DNA from: an uncultured Candidatus Cloacimonadota bacterium
Lineage (GTDB): Bacteria > Cloacimonadota > Cloacimonadia > JGIOTU-2
DNA length: 64,000 bases
Direction: 5' to 3'
Assembly (NCBI GenBank): GCA_964398885.1
Contig: CAYNOU010000005.1
Location: 301-64,300 of the forward strand
How positions within the stretch are numbered: position 1 is the stretch's first letter; each line of letters begins with the position of its first letter. Shown piece after piece: positions 58,274-64,000 of this stretch. The translations under genes and the position numbers were made by a program. Under the pieces are notes generated by a model. That model saw only the letters and a program-made list of their open reading frames with translations. It made no database searches and was not told the origin of the DNA.

Positions 58274-61200
58274 TCAAGACTTATTCCTAATGTATATTTT
58301 CTGGGTTCAGAATATCTACCTGGGTTTTTAAGATAATCTTGATAGATAGCTGCGCCTGTAAGGTTATCGCCCTCATCTAATTTGCCATCATTGTTTGTAT
58401 CAAAATTCCTAATAATATTTCCATCATCGTCAGTTTCTCCAGTTTTTGCATATACCCAATTTATATTTTTTGTGTTAAATAGATTATTTACATTAAAGAA
58501 TAATTTTACTTTAGACTTTCCAATTAAATAGAATGCCTTGGTGAGTCTAAAGTCTGCATTATGAGTCCAATCCAATCTCTCTGAGTTTGTATCTAATGGT
58601 TTATCATTTTCTGAGACAGGAGTATACGGTCCGCCAGAATTAATCTGCCATAATAAGTTAGCATAAAATTTATCAGGCATTTTTAATCCTAAAAGATAAA
58701 ACTCTTCATCTTCAGGGATTCTGAAATCAAAGTTAACTGAACCTATATGTCGTATATCCCAGTTGAGGGGGAATTCTCTTAAGTTGTCTCTTGCCGTATG
58801 TACATCCGAGTTTTTACCAGTTGCCCAGGAATATGTATAGCCGATATTAAATCCCCAAAAGTTACTAAATCTTTTTCTAAGGGTAAATTCTGCACCTCTG
58901 GCACTACCATAATCAGTTGATATATAAAGATAGTGCTGTTTTCCTGATTCAGCAATCTCCTCGGGCAGTATTGAATAATCAACACTTAGTTCACTTACAA
59001 GATTATAGATATTCTTATAGAAGAGTGTGACATCGAGCAGATAATCTTCTCCCATTTGATGTTCAACACCAACCTCATAGGTAATTGTTGTTTCAGGCTT
59101 TAGATTTGGATTACCAACATTAGCGCCAACTGAACCTACTTCAGGAGTAGCACTTGTGAAAACATATTGCATAGGAGGCAATTGACTTTGATAATTATAT
59201 GCGAAATGCATAACATCTTTATCAGTAATAGGATGGGAGACACCGAGTCGCGGGCTTATCAACAGCTGAAATTTATCAACCTTTTCTTTATCAATATAAT
59301 AATCGCCTTCATCATCTTGCTTAAGATATGCAACAGAGTCCCACTCAGCATCCACATATTCTCCAGTAGCATCACTAATTACTTGATATTTATCACCCAG
59401 ATACCAGGAGTCAAACCTTATTCCAGCATTAACTATCATACCTTTCCACTCCATTTTATCCTGGAGATAATAGGCACCTTGCCAGGGATAAGCTTTATAT
59501 CCGTCAATAGACCCTCCAGCAAATTTTATTCCATCTTTAAAGTCATCAATATGATAAATTTCTGCACCATAAGCGAGATATCCATAATCAACAAGTGAAT
59601 CTATTGGTATATGCATTCCAAGGGTATCAACCTCTTTTCCTTTCAAATAATTTGGTAAACGCTTGACATCATCAATATCCCATGGACTATATAATCTATC
59701 TTTATAAATGTCATTATATTTGATCTCAAAACCAGTTTTAGCACTATGGATAATACCAATCTGATAAGTTAAATCACCTCTAAGTGTATAAGTAACAGTT
59801 TCATCATCAACAAAAGAACCGGCATTGGTACCAGGCGATGAAAATCCGGGAACATTTGTCCAATCACCTATTTGATTACGGTATTTAAGTGAAACATCAA
59901 TTCCATTTTCAAGAATACCTGGTATATCGACACCATAGTTATTAGCAGAAGGATTTGCGGGATTAAAATGCCAGTTTTCATCTGAAAAATACCAATCCCT
60001 ATCCACACCAGAATTTAATTCAATACCAGTTGCGAATCTACTACCACGAATTGTATAAAACATTTTAGGTGAAACTGTATGATCAAATGTAAAAGCTTCC
60101 TGGTCATGAGTTGTAGTATAATGATTAGAATATTGTAAAGAATATTTCATATATTGGGAGTATGGAAGATATATTTCTTTATCACCTCTTACAGCAATAG
60201 TGAATTTAGTTTTTGGACTCAATTGAAATTTCACTTTTGAATTAAGTTGGTAATTATTCCTAAAGCGATTTCCTAAGTCAAAGAAATTGAAAAGTTCGTC
60301 TCTATCACCACCTAAACTATTTATATTTTTAACTTGTTCATCCTTTAGAATTCTTGTAGTATCAACAAGCTCTCCATCGCAGAAAATTTTATTAGTATAG
60401 AGCACATCATTTTTGCCAACAAAATAGTAATCTTTATACCTTGTATCTGTCCAGGAACCAGAGCCATTTAGATAAAATGTAAGTCTATCTCTTTTTTCCC
60501 TTGTTCCAAGTGGAAATAAAGGACCGCCTATGGCAAACTTTATCAAGTCTGTATTATTTCCTTCATCTAATATGTGGTCTGACCTGAATTCTAATTTTCC
60601 TGAATAAGAAGGTCCACCAGATTTTGTTACTAAATTAATAATAGCTGATTGAGCATTTCCGAATTCAGCAGTGAACCCACCAGTTTGAACAGACATATCA
60701 TTAACTGCATCTAAGTCAAGATTCATCCCAAAAGCATTATCAACAGGATTGGAAATAGACATACCATCTACAGTATAGACAACCTCTCCAGAACGTCCAC
60801 CGCGAATATGCATATTTTCACCAGAGCCAACCGCTCCAGCTGTAACGGCAACGATTCCTTGAATATTTTCAACTGGCATATGCTCCATATCCTCAGATGT
60901 AACAATATTTTCAGAACCTGTAACATCTTTTTCAACAAGTTTTCTCTCCGCTTTTACAGTAATACCTTCAATTCCAATTGCCCTCTTTTCTAACTTAAAA
61001 TTTAAGGTTGTTGTTAAATCCAAATTGATTTTTACATCTTCTACTGTTACCGAAACATATCCCATCAAAGTTGCTTTAACATTATAAGTGCCAGCCGGAA
61101 TATTGATAATCATATATCTGCCTTTTTCATCTGTTATAGTACCTATTTGCTTATCTAAAATAACTATGTTTACACCAATAATTGGTTCATCAGTCGCAGA

Positions 61201-61302
61201 ATCAGTCACTCTCCCTATTAACTTTCCAGTAGTTCCAGCAGATAGAATATTGGTAAATAGTAAGAGAAATAAAATAGTTAAAGTTATTGCATACTTATTC
61301 AT
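58267..61302 (-). CDS. TonB-dependent outer-membrane receptor (SusC/RagA-like, with N-terminal carboxypeptidase-regulatory-like domain)
   Basis: Signal peptide; GKLIGRVTDSATDEPIIGVNIVIL CarbopepD_reg domain; plug and beta-barrel; C-terminal ...YTLGISLEW aromatic terminus. Confidence 0.8.
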   Translation of the reverse strand: MNKYAITLTILFLLLFTNILSAGTTGKLIGRVTDSATDEPIIGVNIVILDKQIGTITDEKGRYMIINIPAGTYNVKATLMGYVSVTVEDVKINLDLTTTLNFKLEKRAIGIEGITVKAERKLVEKDVTGSENIVTSEDMEHMPVENIQGIVAVTAGAVGSGENMHIRGGRSGEVVYTVDGMSISNPVDNAFGMNLDLDAVNDMSVQTGGFTAEFGNAQSAIINLVTKSGGPSYSGKLEFRSDHILDEGNNTDLIKFAIGGPLFPLGTREKRDRLTFYLNGSGSWTDTRYKDYYFVGKNDVLYTNKIFCDGELVDTTRILKDEQVKNINSLGGDRDELFNFFDLGNRFRNNYQLNSKVKFQLSPKTKFTIAVRGDKEIYLPYSQYMKYSLQYSNHYTTTHDQEAFTFDHTVSPKMFYTIRGSRFATGIELNSGVDRDWYFSDENWHFNPANPSANNYGVDIPGILENGIDVSLKYRNQIGDWTNVPGFSSPGTNAGSFVDDETVTYTLRGDLTYQIGIIHSAKTGFEIKYNDIYKDRLYSPWDIDDVKRLPNYLKGKEVDTLGMHIPIDSLVDYGYLAYGAEIYHIDDFKDGIKFAGGSIDGYKAYPWQGAYYLQDKMEWKGMIVNAGIRFDSWYLGDKYQVISDATGEYVDAEWDSVAYLKQDDEGDYYIDKEKVDKFQLLISPRLGVSHPITDKDVMHFAYNYQSQLPPMQYVFTSATPEVGSVGANVGNPNLKPETTITYEVGVEHQMGEDYLLDVTLFYKNIYNLVSELSVDYSILPEEIAESGKQHYLYISTDYGSARGAEFTLRKRFSNFWGFNIGYTYSWATGKNSDVHTARDNLREFPLNWDIRHIGSVNFDFRIPEDEEFYLLGLKMPDKFYANLLWQINSGGPYTPVSENDKPLDTNSERLDWTHNADFRLTKAFYLIGKSKVKLFFNVNNLFNTKNINWVYAKTGETDDDGNIIRNFDTNNDGKLDEGDNLTGAAIYQDYLKNPGRYSEPRKYTLGISLEW

Positions 61303-61367
61303 AGCTTCTCCCTTCGTGACTTTATCTCTTATAAGAGATTATGGAACATATTTTTTACTGATACAAA

Positions 61368-62213
61368 TCATATGTCAATTTTTTTATTATTTAAATTTGT
61401 TTTGCTATTATAATTTTTATATTTTATTAATAATTTTTCTATTAAAGTTTTCTCAAATTTATTTATTTTACTATCTTTTAAGAAGTTTAAATCAGACTCT
61501 TTTTCAAAATTTTTTTTGAAGGTATTTACGAATTTATTAAAGCTAATAGGTTCATCTAAAATTTGATTAATTGCTATAGTTTTTTGCGATAAGAGTTTTT
61601 TTAAAGTCTTACGGTCAGAGGCATTGTTAAAAGGCACTAATTCAGCCATTAATTCTTGATTGTGGTTTAGTAATATAGAGCCGTGTTGAAGTAATACACT
61701 ATTTTTTCTAATTTGTGCACTGCCAATAATTTTTTTGTGTTTGTAATGAATTTCATACTTTGAAGCACTTGCAAAGCAAGGATTTGACCAATCTTTCTGT
61801 TCTTTATTTTGATATATACCATCTTCCATTTCAGCAGAAATACCGATGTCATCAAGACATTTTATAAGAACACTTCCAATTTTCTGATAGGATTTTAAAA
61901 TTGAACCACTCATTATTCCATTAGTATTCGCAATAACTGCATAAGTAACTTCATCGTAATGTAAAACCGCCCTTCCACCCGTTGGTCTCCGAACTATTCC
62001 CAAACCATATTTTTTAACTTTATCTAAATCAATTTGTTTTTCAATATTTTGATGAAATCCGAATGAAACTGTTGGAGGGTCCCAATCATAAACTCGGATA
62101 GTTTGTGGCGAAATGCCTTTTAATACTCCCAGCAGAATAGCTTCATCTATTGCCATATTTTCTGCTGGAGCCATTTTGCCAGAGATGATGAAACGCCAGG
62201 TATTATTAGTCAT
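61368..62213 (-). CDS. lplA: Lipoate-protein ligase A / octanoyltransferase family protein
   Basis: BPL/LPL catalytic-domain motifs RRPTGGRAVLH and KIIGSAQ(I)RK. Confidence 0.7.
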   Translation of the reverse strand: MTNNTWRFIISGKMAPAENMAIDEAILLGVLKGISPQTIRVYDWDPPTVSFGFHQNIEKQIDLDKVKKYGLGIVRRPTGGRAVLHYDEVTYAVIANTNGIMSGSILKSYQKIGSVLIKCLDDIGISAEMEDGIYQNKEQKDWSNPCFASASKYEIHYKHKKIIGSAQIRKNSVLLQHGSILLNHNQELMAELVPFNNASDRKTLKKLLSQKTIAINQILDEPISFNKFVNTFKKNFEKESDLNFLKDSKINKFEKTLIEKLLIKYKNYNSKTNLNNKKIDI

Positions 62214-62383
62214 AATGCTTCACTGTCAAATGGCTGAAGCCGTCATATTGCTTTGCTGTCATAAATTGTTATTACACTTATTTTGTTAAAAATGGACATC
62301 TGATAATTTTTAACTATTTATAACGCTATCCCCGCGGACGCGGGGAAGTAGCATATGACAATTTATGACGAGCCGAAGGCTCT
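62212..62383. repeat. MITE-like dispersed repeat, copy 2 (inverted relative to 37695..37797) with an extra nested CCCCGCGGACGCGGGG hairpin
   Basis: AATGGCTGAAGCCGTCATATTGC...AGCATATGACAATTTATGACGAGCCGAAGGCTC. Confidence 0.55.
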
Positions 62384-62556
62384 TCTGACTCTCCAAAGGA
62401 GAATTTGACCTTTTGTTTCCCTTTTTCAATTATTCCAATTTTAATAGCATCTGTTTTAGAAATAATTTCTTCAGAATCAATCTTGTTTGCAAATGCAATC
62501 ATTCCAACTCCATCTATAGTAGACGCTGAATTTTATATTTCATTTTGTAGTAATAA

Positions 62557-63459
62557 TCAGCTAAATTGAGTATATTTTTTTAGATTATTATACCGATTAT
62601 CTATCTGTATTCTATTGATATTTTTTATGATTTCAACACTGAAACCCTCTATATTGAAAGAAGATGTAATTGTTCCATAAATTGTAGCTCTTTTTAATGT
62701 TTCATAATTAATGTTATTTTGTGAAGCAATATATCCCATAAATCCTCCTGCAAAGCAATCTCCAGCACCTGTTGGATCAATCACTTTTTGAACAGGGAAA
62801 ATAGGTGCAAAGAAAAGATTGTTTTTTGCAATCGCAATGGAGCCATATTCTCCCTGTTTTATGATAATGAGTTTTAGACCCATTTGTAAAACTTTTTCTG
62901 CAGCATCAAAAATATAACTCTCGCCAGTCAGCATTCTTATCTCTTCTTCATTAATGAATAGTATATCTATCATTTTTAATAACTTTTTTAAGGATTTATT
63001 TTTTCCTTCAATCCAGAAGTTCATTGTATCTGCTGCAATTATTTTAGGCCTTTTCATCTGGCTTAAGACGCTTATCTGTAATTCTGGGTCAATATTGCCT
63101 AAAAAGAGATATTCACACGAGCTACAATTATCAGGTATTTTTGGTGAGAAGTTTGCGAAAACATTTAGTGAAGTTTTTAAAGTAATTGCTTCGTTAAGAT
63201 TTTCATATTTTCCTTCCCAGCGGAAAGTTTTGCCATCTGCTATTTCTAATCCATTTGTATCTATGCCTTTATTCTTTAATAGGTTGATATTTTCTTTGGG
63301 AAAGTCAGTCCCAACAACACCCACAATTGAAACATTTTTGCAGAAGTAGCTTGCTGCTAAAGAGGCATAAACTGCAGAACCTCCAAGCGCATCTTTCACC
63401 TTACCAAATCTGTTCTGAACAGTATCTAATGCGATTGAACCGATGATTAGAAGGCTCAT
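62557..63459 (-). CDS. PfkB-family carbohydrate kinase
   Basis: GGSAVYAS (N-terminal GG motif) and DPTGAGDCFAGGF (C-terminal anion-hole motif). Confidence 0.8.
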   Translation of the reverse strand: MSLLIIGSIALDTVQNRFGKVKDALGGSAVYASLAASYFCKNVSIVGVVGTDFPKENINLLKNKGIDTNGLEIADGKTFRWEGKYENLNEAITLKTSLNVFANFSPKIPDNCSSCEYLFLGNIDPELQISVLSQMKRPKIIAADTMNFWIEGKNKSLKKLLKMIDILFINEEEIRMLTGESYIFDAAEKVLQMGLKLIIIKQGEYGSIAIAKNNLFFAPIFPVQKVIDPTGAGDCFAGGFMGYIASQNNINYETLKRATIYGTITSSFNIEGFSVEIIKNINRIQIDNRYNNLKKYTQFS

Positions 63460-63743
63460 TTTTCCTCATTTATGATTATTTCTGTTTTAGGTTCTTTTGA
63501 TTCTGTAAGCCATTTAAACAATTTATCTGGACCTCCGCTTGAAAAAAATTTCACAAGCAAGATAACAATGATTAAGATAATAATCCTGAGCAATAATTTC
63601 CAGAAAGAAGACAGTTCTTTATTTCGTCTTTCTCTCCTTCTTTTCCACTCGTCGCCAAATTCTGAATGTTTCATATGAAAATCTCTTTCACCACAAAGGT
63701 CACAAAGAGCACAAAGAAAATAAATATACACTCTCATTCCCAA
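63456..63743 (-). CDS. Hypothetical small membrane protein whose 5-prime end overlaps the tandem repeat array
   Basis: 95 aa; the start region is encoded by the repeat unit (HMKHS); C-terminal TM. Confidence 0.25.
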   Translation of the reverse strand: MGMRVYIYFLCALCDLCGERDFHMKHSEFGDEWKRRRERRNKELSSFWKLLLRIIILIIVILLVKFFSSGGPDKLFKWLTESKEPKTEIIINEEK

Positions 63744-64000
63744 GCCCCAGCTTGGGAATGCTTACATGTCATTTTCATACTCCTTTGCCTGCCCCGTTAA
63801 ATTTCTTTCTATTTAATGAGGTGTCCCGATTTGTTTTCGGGACATGTAGGTTTCATATGAAAATCGTTGTTAATATTATATGGAGTAGTTCCGATATATC
63901 GGAACTGAATTCGGCAAGAGACTTGCCGACCCCAAATCAAATATAATTTTTATTCTCCTTTGCGTCCCCGAGGCATCGGGAACATGAATGTTTCATATGA
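63660..64000. repeat. Tandem array (at least 3 units, truncated by the window end) of ~140-180-bp degenerate repeats, each ending in TTTCATATGA and containing GC-rich hairpins
   Basis: GAATGTTTCATATGAAAATC at 63664-63683, GTTTCATATGAAAATC at 63846, GAATGTTTCATATGA at 63986; internal hairpins CCCAAGCCCCAGCTTGGG, GTCCCGATTTGTTTTCGGGAC, GTTCCGATATATCGGAAC, GTCCCCGAGGCATCGGGAAC. Confidence 0.5.

Noticed and set aside
63752-63946. 64-aa plus-strand ORF inside the tandem repeat array
   Set aside because: It is composed of repeat/hairpin sequence with no RBS, and overlaps the minus-strand ORF region.
63660-64000. Possible CRISPR array (short repeats TTTCATATGAAAATC with intervening unique sequence)
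   Set aside because: Spacers are 125-180 bp, the repeats are degenerate and only 15-20 bp long, and the spacers themselves contain members of the dispersed hairpin families. No cas genes are nearby.
1-64000. tRNA or rRNA genes
   Set aside because: No cloverleaf-compatible segments or conserved T-loop (GGTTCGAATCC-like) motifs were found in intergenic regions. The GC-rich intergenic segments are all explained by the palindromic repeat families.

Overview
AT-rich (roughly 35% GC by eye) bacterial chromosomal segment. The gene content points to an anaerobic member of the FCB superphylum: split four-subunit pyruvate:ferredoxin oxidoreductase (PFOR), a type IX secretion (T9SS) PorV plus cargo with the T9SS C-terminal sorting domain, a Bacteroidetes-style TonB-ExbB-ExbD2-TBDR cluster, and LpxB. 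Housekeeping blocks on the minus strand are comEC-dxr-cdsA-uppS-rarA-rpoN, and on the plus strand infC-rpmI-rplT-pheST-zapB-zapA-rny-ymdB-folD. Between them (about 12-26 kb) lies a signal-transduction island: PAS/GAF histidine kinases, response regulators, a 1417-aa output-less multi-PAS/GAF protein and a FIST-domain protein. The island is punctuated by mobile or selfish elements: a REP-associated tyrosine transposase (RAYT) flanked by 115-bp REP-like repeats, a degraded TPR-PAS sensor gene, a four-helix-bundle gene bracketed by TATTGAC iteron arrays, and an unusual ORF fusing a sigma-54 C-terminal DNA-binding domain to a GIY-YIG nuclease. Other notable items are a LAGLIDADG intein in the PFOR beta subunit; a decayed diversity-generating retroelement (DGR: an FGE-sulfatase-type target gene with an adenine-mutagenesis codon signature in its C-terminus, an Avd accessory gene, and a reverse transcriptase truncated to its first ~50 aa by a palindromic repeat insertion); and comEC interrupted by a single in-frame TGA. 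At least four families of small GC-rich palindromic dispersed repeats (REP/MITE-like) occur, including one in-frame inside a CDS and a tandem repeat array at the window end. No rRNA, tRNA or CRISPR array was recognised.
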